A stretch of 64,000 nucleotides of DNA from the NCBI GenBank assembly GCA_965206695.1, contig CBDBKM010000003.1, positions 1 to 64,000 of the forward strand, read 5' to 3'. The stretch is from Chlamydiales bacterium. GTDB lineage: Bacteria > Chlamydiota > Chlamydiia > Chlamydiales > JAAZZY01. Both the position numbers and the translations under genes were made by a program. Positions within the stretch are counted from its first letter, which is position 1. The number at the start of each line of letters is the position of its first letter. The notes below the pieces were generated by a model. That model was not told the origin of the DNA and ran no database searches. It saw only the letters and a list, made by a program, of their open reading frames with translations. Below, in pieces: positions 1-11,826 of this stretch.

Positions 1-19
1 TTCAATATCAATCGATCAT

Positions 20-1526
20 TTAAATGCCATTCATTTGCATCTGTTTGAATGATATGGTTATGTTCCTCCAAAATCTGTAAAACTGTTTCGCTTTCTTCGC
101 GTATCTAATACAGGAAGGACCATATTGATAAAGATCTTTTTTCAAAAAAGATTTTTTATATTTGGAATACAACCAATTGCTAGCAAGTTGAGCATCATGC
201 AGCTCACCAACAGCATCACTTAAACTAATAATACGAAGCGCTTCTTCGATATAAAATTCAACCAATCTAATAGAATTTAATATATCCTCTAAATCAATAG
301 ATGAATGAGTGTTGATGCATCTATCTTGTGAAGTTTTTGATATATGAAGAATACCAGCTATCCATAGCACCTGATTAGGAGCTTTAGACACCATTGCCTT
401 GATCGGATATAAAGCACCATTTTTACCTATTTTTTTCTCACAATCATCATGAAATACAATCCAAGCTTTTTTTAGCATCTTCTTGTAAATCTATTGGTTT
501 TGGCTCAAGCTCTCTACTTTTCCATTTTTTGTAGGAAACTGCGCATCCAAAAATGAAGAGATAACCTCATTATATTTTTTAATTTCAGGTGCATTATCGA
601 TCTCTACTTCTTGATATCTCCTTCTCCCTGCCATAGGTGCAGGATGAACGATTAAAAACGAGCCATAATCCCTTGCTCATTGAGAATATCATTTTTCTGT
701 ATTCTTGGACAGAAATATAGGCTGCATCAATAAATGGACCGCAACCCTTCTACCATAAATGATGCTACTTCCGTCAGTTACTCTAACACGGTCAATAGGT
801 TTACCATCCCATATTTGAGATAATGTACCAGCTAAATTGACGGCATTTTCTTTAGCTGAGTAACCTGTCATTAATCGCCCCACCTTCATCAAGAATATAC
901 TAAAAGAAGGTTGCCCTGACTGTAAGTAACGAATTAATCCTTCAGTTGTCGGTTCATTTACAAATAATTAAAGGTTCAATCGGTTGATCTGGTTGGTCTC
1001 CTAAATTACGAAATGCACATTCTCTTTTACTATCATTCGTTTCATTAAGAGCTGTCTTGCGCTTTTTCTCCCACACTTCTATATCATTTCTAAATTGATC
1101 GATCTCTTTTTCTGTAACAGCTACTAAATGTTTTTGCCATTCTGTAACAGGTCTAAATGCTATCTTATCAGCAGCACTTTTTCTCTCACCCGAATCTACT
1201 ACACTTAACGAATTCAAGCTTAATGGATACTGCCTTCCCGTCAAGAATGACATTAGAAAAAGGTTGCGTGCATAGAGAAGCTGCTCCCAAGACATTTTGA
1301 GCGCATACAGCATCAGGAGCTTGTACAACCTCATGTATACGCCTAGCAGCGTTTCCTAATAGCTCACCTAGAGCTTCAAAAGGGTAAGGGTTAGGAGGGA
1401 CTATTTCTCTTTGTAAGGGTAGTGGATCATTTGAATCTTTTAATTGATTCTTAAAATTTTCAGACTTAGAAAGTCATCTTGTTTTTTATTGAGACAAATC
1501 TCATTATTAAAGGATGTTTCATTCAT
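20..1526 (-). pseudogene. DUF3987/YfjI-like protein, frameshifted pseudogene
   Basis: Fragments in several frames (DPLPLQREIVPPNPYPFEALGELLG, DSGERKSAAD, LSQIWDGKPIDRVRV, VHLLMQP) align by eye with the 473-aa ORF at 22380. Confidence 0.8.
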
Positions 1527-1773
1527 AGGACATAATTCCTTTATTTAAATTTTTTAATTGCTGACTGCTCAAATCGGCAATAATGTTTTATAAGTTTATT
1601 ATGAGAGCTCTAATAATTAGAGCTCTCATTCTCATTCATATTTTTTACTCCTTAATTAATTTTATATTCAGTTACATCAGATCTCTCTTGCCAAAGATTT
1701 CCTTAAAAAAACCAAACAAGTCGCAATATGAACTAAATGAACTTATTAGGAATGCGGGAAGGTCACATCAAAA

Positions 1774-3630
1774 TTATTGAGGTAAAAAACCAGTATTCCT
1801 TTTATAACTTTCTTTAATCCAGTCTGTTACATACCAAGAGAAAATATACTCCCCTTTAGGTATAAGCATTTCTATAAACTTCGATTCAAATATCTTATTT
1901 ATCTTCCATTGGAATGCTTTTAAAATCGTGGTGATACAATGCACTGCAAAACGAAGCTTAGGAAAGTTTATTCCAGCATCTGTAAAAATTCCAGGAACTG
2001 GAATAGGTATATCGCCAACTGTGATATTCCATTTTTCTTTTCTCTTTTCCTTGGGAATAGGGAAAATTAATCGCAACCGGTCAAGTAAAATCTCACTGTC
2101 AAAAAAGCGATCAGGTTCTAACAATTTAAATAATGGAGATGCTTGATCTAATAGTCTCGTCTTCATAGATTCAATTGTTGGAATTTTATTACCTTCCAAA
2201 TACCATAAAATTTGACCTGCACACTGAATGCTAATCTCGTTTTTTTCTGGTTTTGTCACACCGCTACGATCTCTGACAATGCCGCTTTTTCCAAATATAG
2301 TCATTTAATTTTATATTGATAAGATTGCTTGATCAATGGCGAATTTAAAATTCGTAACTTTTCGTAATATCTCTCTAACTTTATTTTTCATATTAGCCCA
2401 ATATTTTTCTATAGGATTTAAGTCCGGAGAATATGGAGGAAGAAACATAAGCTTACAACCGGCAGATTCTACTGTTTTCCTGCTTTCCGCTGACTTGTGA
2501 AAACCGGCATTGTCAAGAATAAGAACACTACCGGGTGTAAGCTGAGGAGTCAAAACTTCCTTAAGCCAAATATTGAATAACCCGGTATTACAAGTACCTT
2601 CAAAACCCATTGGAGATAAAAACTGCCCTTTAGATAGGGCTGAAATAATATTTTGCCTTATAAAGCGGTTTCCTGAAACCGCTCCAAAAACTTTTTTGCC
2701 GCGTAAGCTTCTTCCGGACTCACGAAATAAAAATTGATGAATCCCGGTTTCATCGAGATAAATTCTCTTGTCAAAGGGAATATTTTTTAAATCTTTCATA
2801 AAAGCTTCCCGTTTCTTTTCATCTCTTTCCTTATAGCGAGTAGTTTTTTTTTCGTGTAATTTTTAATCTTTTAAGGGCATAAAAAATCGTTTGCGGAGTG
2901 ACTGAAAAATAATCAGCAATTTCCGATAAAAAATAATCCGGATGTTTTTCTACATATTTAGATAACAACTCATCATCTAATTTTTTATAAGCATATTTTC
3001 TGCGGATTGGCTTTAAATGTCCTTTTTGCTTTTTTTGCAAGATCCATCGATATATTGTTGCGATACCTACTTGAAAAATATGGCCGGCTGTTTTTTTATC
3101 ATGATGTTTTTCTATATGTTGTCATACTTTCTCTCGAAGATCTACTGAATAGGCTCTAGGCATTGTTTTGTCCTTACTGTTTGTATAAAAAAAGAAGGAT
3201 AACATATTATCAAATAAAAATTAAAATACTATAGATATGCTTCATCTTCAAATAAGGGAACATCTTTCTCTAAAATTAACTTTAAGAAATCGTACCAATC
3301 CAATTGCTCATTCACAAAGCTTGTTTTGGATAGATATTTTTCCATGGAGAATAAGGCATCCACTAGGAACTCATTAGCTGTGTTTCTGTTAATTGTTTTG
3401 GTAGAAGTGACATAATGGTTAATGCCAAAAACTGCAGTCCTCCATTTATCTAAAACGGTTAAAAGCCGTTCTAAAAAAGAATGACTATCTTTAGATGTCG
3501 CTTGTTCTGCTATTTGAAGCTTTTTTAAAAAGTTCTTTGTACGGTTGATATTTTTATTACCTGTTGTACGATAATGTTTTATATGTTCTAAAAAATCCTC
3601 TGAGATAACCTCATCAAATGATTTATCCAT
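1774..3630 (-). pseudogene. Hypothetical protein (~306 aa) split by IS630
   Basis: Removing IS 2298-3231 and one TA joins ...EAYL to FGKSG... in frame. Confidence 0.8.
2298..3231 (-). mobile_element. IS630-family element, copy 1 (orfA nonsense allele, A9 slippery run)
   Basis: Ends TAGTATTTTAATTTT / AAAATTAAATGACTA, TA on both flanks, DDE motifs YLDETG, LDNAGFH, NPIEKYW. Confidence 0.95.
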
Positions 3631-3644
3631 TCTTTCTCCTTAAT

Positions 3645-4682
3645 TTAAAAAATTTGTGCTGACATTCTTGATACAGCATCGATAGATCGTGACTCTAATA
3701 AGTGGGCATAGCGACGTGTCATACTTGTACTTCGATGACCCGGAAGATGTCCTATCTCGCCTAAAGACAGACCCATGCCAAGCATCTCTGTGGCATAGCT
3801 ATGTCTACAGTCATGTCCTCTAAAATCTTTTAATCCAGCGCGTTTGATAGCTGTCCTAAATGCTCTTCTGAGTTCCAAGGGGTTCTCTTTATTTTTTGAG
3901 GGGAAAATATAAGATGAAGAAGATTTTTGTAATGAAAGATGAATCAGTAAATTGAGAGGCAAATCTCTAATAGGAAGCGAACGAACATCTCCATTTTTGG
4001 ATTGATTAATTGTTATCGTTCCCTTTTCAAGATTAATATCACACCACTTCAGAGATCTGATTTCATTATATCTGCAACCTGTACTCAAAAGCAGGACTAC
4101 AAAGGTAAACAGAAAAGTATTATTACTCTTCTTACACGCATCAAATAGTCGATGACGCTCTTCTTTACTAAGAAATCGAGTCCTTTCTCGAGACTCTTTT
4201 TCTCGATCAATCTTTTTAACAGGATTTTCCGGTACCCACTCCCACTGTTTGTAAGCAATGGACATTGGATGACTGAGAGTAGCAAGGTAGCGATTACATG
4301 TGCTTTTACATCGGACAATCCCTTTAACTGTTGTCTCTGACAAAAGTTTTTGTTTTTTTTCAGATATAATTGAAGGACGTATATCCTGAATATACAGAGA
4401 TCCTAATTCTAACTTCCACCAAGCTAAATGGCCTCTTTTATTCACTGATATCGTTCTTTCTCTGATATACTTCTCTACTGCTTCTGAAAATAGATGCTTT
4501 TTATTCTTAAGATAAAGCTGATGACGAGCGCATCGAATATTTACTTCCATTTTTTGAATCCAAACTTTTGCATCTGTAATTCTATCAAATGTTGCAGTCA
4601 ATGTAGGATGGCCTTTGATGCGTATTTCAGCCTGATATCGGAGACCTCCTTTTTTCAAAGGTCTCTTTCTAATATAACCCAT
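3645..4682 (-). CDS. Tyrosine recombinase/integrase of tRNA-Phe element
   Basis: TGCRYNE, KNG, HDCRH, GH, RRYAH catalytic motifs; lies just downstream of tRNA-Phe. Confidence 0.93.
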   Translation of the reverse strand: MGYIRKRPLKKGGLRYQAEIRIKGHPTLTATFDRITDAKVWIQKMEVNIRCARHQLYLKNKKHLFSEAVEKYIRERTISVNKRGHLAWWKLELGSLYIQDIRPSIISEKKQKLLSETTVKGIVRCKSTCNRYLATLSHPMSIAYKQWEWVPENPVKKIDREKESRERTRFLSKEERHRLFDACKKSNNTFLFTFVVLLLSTGCRYNEIRSLKWCDINLEKGTITINQSKNGDVRSLPIRDLPLNLLIHLSLQKSSSSYIFPSKNKENPLELRRAFRTAIKRAGLKDFRGHDCRHSYATEMLGMGLSLGEIGHLPGHRSTSMTRRYAHLLESRSIDAVSRMSAQIF

Positions 4683-4910
4683 AATTACTTTTCCTTTTAA
4701 GCGACCAAAGGATGATTAGTCCTTTGATAAAGCAGTCTTGGTGCTTAATCTTCAGTTATTTAAATATGAGTGTTGGTAATAATTACGTAAATTTAACGGA
4801 ATCGATACTCAAAAAGTGACCAATAACATGTAGTCATTGGTCTCGTTTGAGTAGTTTAAGGAAAGAATGCACTACGGCAATATTACGGCATTTCTCAGGC
4901 AAGAGAAAAA

Positions 4911-4983
<73 letters not shown>

Positions 4984-5157
4984 ATTTATAGAGGAACGAG
5001 ATTATAAGGAAGTTTTGTAATTATAGCAAACATTTATCAATTTAAGACTTAGCTTAAGAAGTCAAGCAGGACAATTATTAAACTAATACAAGAGTTTTGC
5101 ACTATAGAAGTGCGTTATTAAAATAGTTGTTTAAATAATTTTTTCAATCAGGGTATA

Positions 5158-6092
5158 TAGTCATTTAATTTTATATTGATAAGATTGCTTGATCAATGGC
5201 GAATTTAAAATTCGTAACTTTTCGTAATATCTCTCTAACTTTATTTTTCATATTAGCCCAATATTTTTCTATAGGATTTAAGTCCGGAGAATAGGGAGGA
5301 AGAAACATAAGCTTACAACCGGCAGATTCTACTGTTTTCCTGCTTTCCGCTGACTTGTGAAAACCGGCATTGTCAAGAATAAGAACACTACCGGGTGTAA
5401 GCTGAGGAGTCAAAACTTCCTTAAGCCAAATATTGAATAACCCGGTATTACAAGTACCTTCAAAACACATTGGAGATAAAAACTGCCCTTTAGATAGGGC
5501 TGAAATAATATTTTGCCTTATAAAGCGGTTTCCTGAAACCGCTCCAAAAACTCTTTTGCCGCGTAAGCTTCTTCCGGACTCACGAAATAAAAATTGATGA
5601 ATCCCGGTTTCATCGAGATAAATTCTCTTGTCAAAGGGAATATTTTTTAAATCTTTCATAAAAGCTTCCCGTTTCTTTTCATCTCTTTCCTTATAGCGAG
5701 TAGTTTTTTTTTTCGTGTAATTTTTAATCTTTTAAGGGCATAAAAAATCGTTTGCGGAGTGACTGAAAAATAATCAGCAATTTCCGATAAAAAATAATCC
5801 GGATGTTTTTCTACATATTTAGATAACAACTCATCATCTAATTTCTTATAAGCATATTTTCTGCGGATTGGCTTTAAATGTCCTTTTTGCTTTTTTTGCA
5901 AGATCCATCGATATATTGTTGCGATACCTACTTGAAAAATATGGCCGGCTGTTTTTTTATCATGATGTTTTTCTATATGTTGTCATACTTTCTCTCGAAG
6001 ATCTACTGAATAGGCTCTAGGCATTGTTTTATCCTTACTGTTTGTATAAAAAAAGAAGGATAACATATTATCAAATAAAAATTAAAATACTA
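5158..6092 (-). mobile_element. IS630-family element, copy 2 (orfA nonsense allele)
   Basis: Near-identical to copy 1; TA flanks. Confidence 0.95.
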
Positions 6093-6119
6093 TAGTTTTT
6101 CTCTTTTGTTGGGGAAAAG

Positions 6120-6290
6120 ATGCCGTTATATACATGCACAAAGGAATGATATAGCACTTTCATTCAAGCAAGCAGTATGAGATATTCCGGGCTTGCGATG
6201 TCAGAAGCTTGCCCTGATACAGTATCACATGACAGCGTTAGCCGCCGGTTAAAAGATAAAACATTTCAACTTAAAGAAATTTTTGAAAGA
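6120..6290 (+). pseudogene. IS701-like transposase N-terminal remnant
   Basis: Translates as FIQASSMRYSGLAMSEACPDTVSHDSVSRRL, resembling the SHD..R.L motif. Confidence 0.5.
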
Positions 6291-7020
6291 CCGGTATCAT
6301 CTACAATCAGTACACATGGCTCCTTGAGTAGGCACACATGTTCCAAGCCTTGAGCATCGGTCTGATTTCCGGGTATATATGGCTACTTTATTAATTAGAC
6401 CACTCCGGATATCTACACTGACATGCTGCTTAAATAACCGCACCAAAATTTATTATTACCCTTACATCCAAGACCGGTTTAGCTATAGGTAGCAACCTTC
6501 GGTAATACCTCATTATTTAATTTCCCGTATTTTGCTTGTATGGCTTTATTTCGTTCTTTCCATAAATTGGCTTTAGCAATCAAATGAGTGGCATCTACGA
6601 AGCTAAAAACTTCATTCATCACTCCTTGTTTTTTTAGTTGATATCTTAAATCAGAAAACATTGTGGACAAAATCGTTGTTTCTATTTTGTGCCTAACTTG
6701 ACAAAAGCCGGTATGGCTAGGAGTCTTTTCTCTTTAAGTTAAATCGAAAAAATCACTTGGCTGCAGTATTCTCTTGAATGTAACGTTCTTGTTCTCGACC
6801 GCTTAAGCTTTCCATGATATTGAAGAAGTAAGCATTTAAATAATCGGAGAAGGCTATACCCTTTAATAAGGATTATCCTTTTTTAATTTCTTTAACCTTT
6901 TTTCTACGGATTTAAAAGACCAAATTTGATCAAATTTACAATAATTATGCGTGTCGGGAATTAAATCTTCTAAACTTATCATCTCTATCCGGCGTATAGT
7001 TATCTTCTTCAAAAAAATGG
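6290..7020 (-). pseudogene. IS5-like transposase pseudogene
   Basis: Degenerate paralog of 60607-61790 (FSFVDATHLIAKANLW). Confidence 0.75.
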
Positions 7021-7157
7021 CTCTTACATTAACTCATTAAACCGCTATCAGTGTTCTATAGGGCAATAAAGTTTCTAACATCCGATAAAAAACAGTGACA
7101 TAGTAACGGGGAAGAGTTCTAAGCCTTTCCCTTCCGCTGCTAGGCTGAGTAACTTAA

Positions 7158-8207
7158 TTACCATTTTAAATTAGCCGATGATTGATATTCTGTTACACGT
7201 GTTTCAAAAAAGTTTTTCTCCTTAGATAAATCGATAGTCTCACTCATCCAAGAAAAGGGAGTCTTATTTCCATATTGTTTAGATAATCCTATTCTTTCAA
7301 ATCGACGATCAGCAATATATTTAACATAATCGACAAACATAGGAGCACTGAGTCCCAAAACTCCTGTTGGTAGACAGTCTTGAGCGTAAAGTATTTCTAG
7401 TTCTACAGCATGTTTTATATGAGCAATCATCTTTTCTTGAAAGTCCGGAGTCCATAATTCCGGATTTTCATGTTTGATACCATTGATGAGATCAATACCA
7501 AAATTTAGGTGGACTGTTTCATCACGTAATATGAATTGAAATTGTTCTCCGATTCCGGTCAGTTTATTTTGGCGGTGGAAAGAAAGAATCATAGCAAATC
7601 CACTGTAGAAGAAAATACCTTCCATAATGATGTAGTAGCCGATTAAGTTTTCTAAAAATTTTTGAGCTCCTTCTACTGTATTTGTCGTAAAATCACTTTT
7701 TAAGATCTCTTCTGTCAATTCCATTTCAAATTTATCTTTGCCATGGATTGAATTGACTTCATTATACATATTGAAGATTTCAGATTCATCCAGTGCTAAT
7801 GAATCGACAATATACAGAAACGTGTGGGTATGAATAGCTTCTTCAAAAGCTTGTCTTAAAAGATATTGCCTTGCTTCTGCATTGGTGATGTGTTTATAAA
7901 TAGCCAGGACAATGTTATTAGCTACTAAACTCTCTGCTGTAGCAAAGAAGCCTAAATTTCTCATAATGACTCGTCGTTCGATATCAGAGAGATCCGTTGA
8001 TTTCCATAGTTCAATATCTTTGGTCATGGCTACTTCAGTAGGCATCCAATGGTTGGCGCAACCATTAATATAATGTTCCCAGGCCCATTTATATTTAATA
8101 GGCATAATTTGATTGACATCAACGGTGTTACAGTTAATTAACCGTTTGTCCTGATTCTGTTTTACTGTGTTTTTAGTCGCTTCTTTTTCATCTTCAAAAG
8201 TCAACAT
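7158..8207 (-). CDS. nrdB: Ribonucleotide reductase beta subunit (class Ic type)
   Basis: [31 protein letters not shown]; Glu as first metal ligand and Phe at the radical-Tyr position. Confidence 0.96.
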   Translation of the reverse strand: MLTFEDEKEATKNTVKQNQDKRLINCNTVDVNQIMPIKYKWAWEHYINGCANHWMPTEVAMTKDIELWKSTDLSDIERRVIMRNLGFFATAESLVANNIVLAIYKHITNAEARQYLLRQAFEEAIHTHTFLYIVDSLALDESEIFNMYNEVNSIHGKDKFEMELTEEILKSDFTTNTVEGAQKFLENLIGYYIIMEGIFFYSGFAMILSFHRQNKLTGIGEQFQFILRDETVHLNFGIDLINGIKHENPELWTPDFQEKMIAHIKHAVELEILYAQDCLPTGVLGLSAPMFVDYVKYIADRRFERIGLSKQYGNKTPFSWMSETIDLSKEKNFFETRVTEYQSSANLKW

Positions 8208-8237
8208 AAGCTTTATACTCCTAGTGTTATTATTTTT

Positions 8238-11200
8238 TTATTGGCAGCTCTCACAGCCTTCTTCTAAATTACAAACGATGGGTGTTTGTTTCGCTTCACG
8301 TTGAACAGTTATTTCAGATGAAGCGGAAGAATTTTTCATCCATCTCGGTTGAAGACCACGCTTATTAATATCTGCAGAAGACTTTTCAATTTGTGTAGCT
8401 CCTAATGCTCGGAGATAATACGTCGTTTTTAATCCCGATTTCCATGCATGAAAATACATGTTATGCATTTTTTTGCCACTAGGTTGGTTTAAATATAGAT
8501 TAAGAGATTGCCCCATATCAATCCATTTTTGTCTGCGACCGGCGCAATCAATGATCCATTCGGGCTCAACTTCAAAAGCAGTGAGATAGACACGTTTTAT
8601 ATCATCGGGTATTCTTTCGATTTCTGTTAAAGAACCGTCAAAGTATTTAAGATCATCAACCATTTGCTCATCCCAAAGATTGCATTTCTTTAGCTTATCT
8701 ACCAGATAAGGGTTAATGATAGTAAACTCACCTGAGAGATTAGATTTAACAAAGAGATGTTTATAAGTGGGCTCTATAGATGCCGTTATATCGGCGATAT
8801 TGGCAATAGTAGCAGTAGGTGCAATAGCCATTGTATTACTATTACGCATACCATATTTTTTTATCTCTTTTCTTACTGTCCCCCAGTCCATAGTTGTGGT
8901 TGTATCAACATCGATGAACTCTTGTCCTCTATCTTTTTCTAATAGTTTAAGAGAATCTATTGGAAGAATGCCTTTGTCCCATTTTGAACCTTTATAGGAA
9001 GAATAAGCGCCACGTTCTTTAGCTAGCTTGCTGGAAGCTAAGAGGGCATAATAAGAAATAGCTTCCATACTGTGATCGGCAAATTCAACAGCTTCAGCAC
9101 TAGCATAGCTAATATTTTGTTTGTAAAGAGCATCTTGAAATCCCATTATTCCTATTCCAATGGGACGATGTCTTAAATTAGAGGTTTTGGCTTCTTTAGT
9201 TGGATAGAAATTGAGGTCGATTACATTATCCAACATACGAATAGCACTGTTAACAGTCTTTTGTAAAAGAGGAAGGTCAATAGAGCTCCCTGTGATATGA
9301 CGAGGTAAATTGATAGACCCTAAGTTACATACAGCCGTTTCTTCTTTCGAAGAATTTAAAAGGATTTCAGTACAAAGATTAGAGGAATGAACAACTCCTA
9401 CATGATCTTGTGAAGAACGGATATTAGAAGGGTCTTTAAAGGTAATCCAAGGATGGCCTGTTTCGAACAGCAGACTTAGCATTTTACGCCATAATATCAT
9501 GGCATCTACAACCTTGTGATTTTTAATTTTTCCATCTTTAGCTAATTTCTCGTAGTCAGTGTAGCGTTTTTCAAAAGCTTGGCCATATAGGTCGTGTAGA
9601 TCCGGAGTATCGATAGGGCTGAATAGTGTCCATGTTGCTTGTTTTTCTATTCGCTTCATGAAAAGGTCCGGAATCCAATTGGCTGTATTCATGTCATGAG
9701 TTCTTCTTCGATCATCCCCTGTATTTTTTCGTAATTCTAAGAAATCTTCAATATCTAAGTGCCAAGTTTCTAAATATGTACAAGCAGCACCTTTTCGTTT
9801 GCCTCCTTGGTTAACAGCTACAGCGGTATCGTTTACTACTTTAAGAAAAGGAATCACACCCTGGCTATGTCCATTGGTTCCTTTAATTAAGGAGCCTGTT
9901 GCTCGAACCGGCGTCCAGTCATTACCAATACCACCCGCCCATTTGGATAGTTGGGCATTATCAGCGATAACTTTAAAAATATGATGTAGATCATCGCTAA
10001 CAGTGGATAGGTAGCAAGAGCTTAATTGTGGATGATTAGTACCCGCATTGAATAATGTTGGGGTACTGGAAGTGAAAAGAAATTGAGAAAAGACACGATA
10101 GAATTCAATAGCCCTAACATTTTTTTCTTTCCTTTCGTTAATGCTAAGCCCCATAGCAACTCGCATCCAAAAAATTTGAGGTGTTTCTAATCGTTTTTGA
10201 TCTTTATGTATAAAGTAGCGATCATAAAGGGTTTGAAGTCCTAAATAGGCAAAATGACGATCTTGAGACAGATCTATTGCATCAGCTAATTGGTCTAAAT
10301 CAAAATCAGTTAGGTGGGGATCAAGACGACTGTCTTTTCTATTAGCGGTGGAAAAATATCGTTTGAAATAATCATGGTGAATCTGTTCAAAATTGGGTTC
10401 TGATAAAGAGGCGCCTAGTGTTTCACGATAAATAGAATCTAATAATACTCGTGATGCGATGGTCCCATAATAAGGTTCGTTTTCTATATGAGCTTTTATA
10501 GCTATGATAGCTGCGGTAGTTATTTCTTGTTTCGGCATACCTTCATAGCATTGAAGAAGAGCTTCTTCGATTAATGCTTTGCCGGGGGTAAGGTCTTCGG
10601 TCTCTTTACAAGCCAAAATAATGATTTCTTCTAAGTAATTTTTTACTGAAAATGCTTTAGCTTTACTCTCAGCTTTAGGTGCAGAAGATACCTCTTCTTT
10701 TACCGGAAGCTTTCTCTCTCTCTCTTTTAAGGCATGTAGCAAAATAAGATGCTTGGCTACTTCAAAAAAACCCTCTGCCATTGCCTGTTTTTCCAGCTCT
10801 TCTTCAATAAGTGACGAAGGGATGGGTTTTCCGGAGAAATGATTGACAATCTTTTCAATGGTTTTATTGGTTAATAAATTGACAGATATAATCACTTGAT
10901 CGGGAGTAGGGCCCTTAATATTTTCACTTGATCTGAAAGCATTTTCAAGAATGGAAGCAATTTTCATAGGAAAAAATCGAACGATTGTTTGCTTATCAGA
11001 GCGTAATACTTGCACATTATTGGATAGATCTTCTCGTTGACTCTTATGATGATCACGATAAATGATATAATTTCTTGCTATGTCATGATGCCCCGCTTCC
11101 ATCAATTTTTTTTCAACCATATCTTGCAAGCCTTCGACAGTTAGCGATTTTCCTTGATTGGCAAATTCAAAAGCTTCGATGACAACCAATTTGGTCACCT

Positions 11201-11405
11201 CTTTAATAGAATGAGAAATGCCATCCGGTAAGTCATCTTGTTTTGAAAGAAGGAGGGTATTTCTAAAAGCAGCTTCTATGGCTTTACTTATTCTGTCCTG
11301 TTTGAACGGAACGATGACACCATTACGCTTAACGATTGTGAATGTTTGAGACTTTTTCTGTTCCGGTTTGATTGCTTGGTTTAAGGGTTTCGAAGAAAGT
11401 GTCAT
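8238..11405 (-). CDS. nrdA: Ribonucleotide reductase alpha subunit with repeated ATP cones
   Basis: VKRNG ATP cone, SSCYL, SNLCTEI, KTTYYLR, C-terminal CESCQ. Confidence 0.97.
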   Translation of the reverse strand: MTLSSKPLNQAIKPEQKKSQTFTIVKRNGVIVPFKQDRISKAIEAAFRNTLLLSKQDDLPDGISHSIKEVTKLVVIEAFEFANQGKSLTVEGLQDMVEKKLMEAGHHDIARNYIIYRDHHKSQREDLSNNVQVLRSDKQTIVRFFPMKIASILENAFRSSENIKGPTPDQVIISVNLLTNKTIEKIVNHFSGKPIPSSLIEEELEKQAMAEGFFEVAKHLILLHALKERERKLPVKEEVSSAPKAESKAKAFSVKNYLEEIIILACKETEDLTPGKALIEEALLQCYEGMPKQEITTAAIIAIKAHIENEPYYGTIASRVLLDSIYRETLGASLSEPNFEQIHHDYFKRYFSTANRKDSRLDPHLTDFDLDQLADAIDLSQDRHFAYLGLQTLYDRYFIHKDQKRLETPQIFWMRVAMGLSINERKEKNVRAIEFYRVFSQFLFTSSTPTLFNAGTNHPQLSSCYLSTVSDDLHHIFKVIADNAQLSKWAGGIGNDWTPVRATGSLIKGTNGHSQGVIPFLKVVNDTAVAVNQGGKRKGAACTYLETWHLDIEDFLELRKNTGDDRRRTHDMNTANWIPDLFMKRIEKQATWTLFSPIDTPDLHDLYGQAFEKRYTDYEKLAKDGKIKNHKVVDAMILWRKMLSLLFETGHPWITFKDPSNIRSSQDHVGVVHSSNLCTEILLNSSKEETAVCNLGSINLPRHITGSSIDLPLLQKTVNSAIRMLDNVIDLNFYPTKEAKTSNLRHRPIGIGIMGFQDALYKQNISYASAEAVEFADHSMEAISYYALLASSKLAKERGAYSSYKGSKWDKGILPIDSLKLLEKDRGQEFIDVDTTTTMDWGTVRKEIKKYGMRNSNTMAIAPTATIANIADITASIEPTYKHLFVKSNLSGEFTIINPYLVDKLKKCNLWDEQMVDDLKYFDGSLTEIERIPDDIKRVYLTAFEVEPEWIIDCAGRRQKWIDMGQSLNLYLNQPSGKKMHNMYFHAWKSGLKTTYYLRALGATQIEKSSADINKRGLQPRWMKNSSASSEITVQREAKQTPIVCNLEEGCESCQ

Positions 11406-11497
11406 ATTGTGATCTCCTTTATTAAAATAGTTAGCATTTGGACATTAAAATTTACATATCTCATTAATATTCATGGGTTCCTAATCAAAAGAATCTG

Positions 11498-11545
11498 ATA
11501 CTACATATAGTAGTTAATTTGTGTTTCAGCTACTACATATGGTAT
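11498..11545. promoter_or_regulatory. Tandem NrdR boxes
   Basis: ATACTACATATAGTAG (11498) and CTACTACATATGGTAT (11530), 32 bp apart, upstream of nrdA. Confidence 0.8.
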
Positions 11546-11826
11546 TTTGTTTTTTTTGTCTAGAAATTTTCAAAAGATATTTTTGGTCTTTTTCCCAACT
11601 GTTTAAGCAACTTCAAATATTGAAATAAATTTTTCTTGATTCGTAATTGAATGATAGTAAATGGTTCGTGAATAGAGAGAGGTAATTAACATTAAATGTA
11701 TTATTTGAATGATTTTTAATTAAATGATTCATTTATAATAGTTTAAAGGGCTTACGGTTTTTCGATGAAAAAAAGAGAAAACCGTGCTAGACTAACTACC
11801 TTATTTTTGCTAACCAATATCTAATT

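Noticed and set aside
1583..2146. Plus-strand ORFs 1583-1780 and 1928-2146
   Set aside because: Antisense shadows of minus-strand island genes with no motifs
7100..7145. Hairpin after nrdB as a riboswitch or ncRNA
   Set aside because: Imperfect stem only; at most a terminator-like structure
8757..9984. Short ORFs opposite nrdA, and similar ones opposite ftsY, sucC, htrA, insulinase and the MFS gene
   Set aside because: Antisense or alternate-frame artefacts
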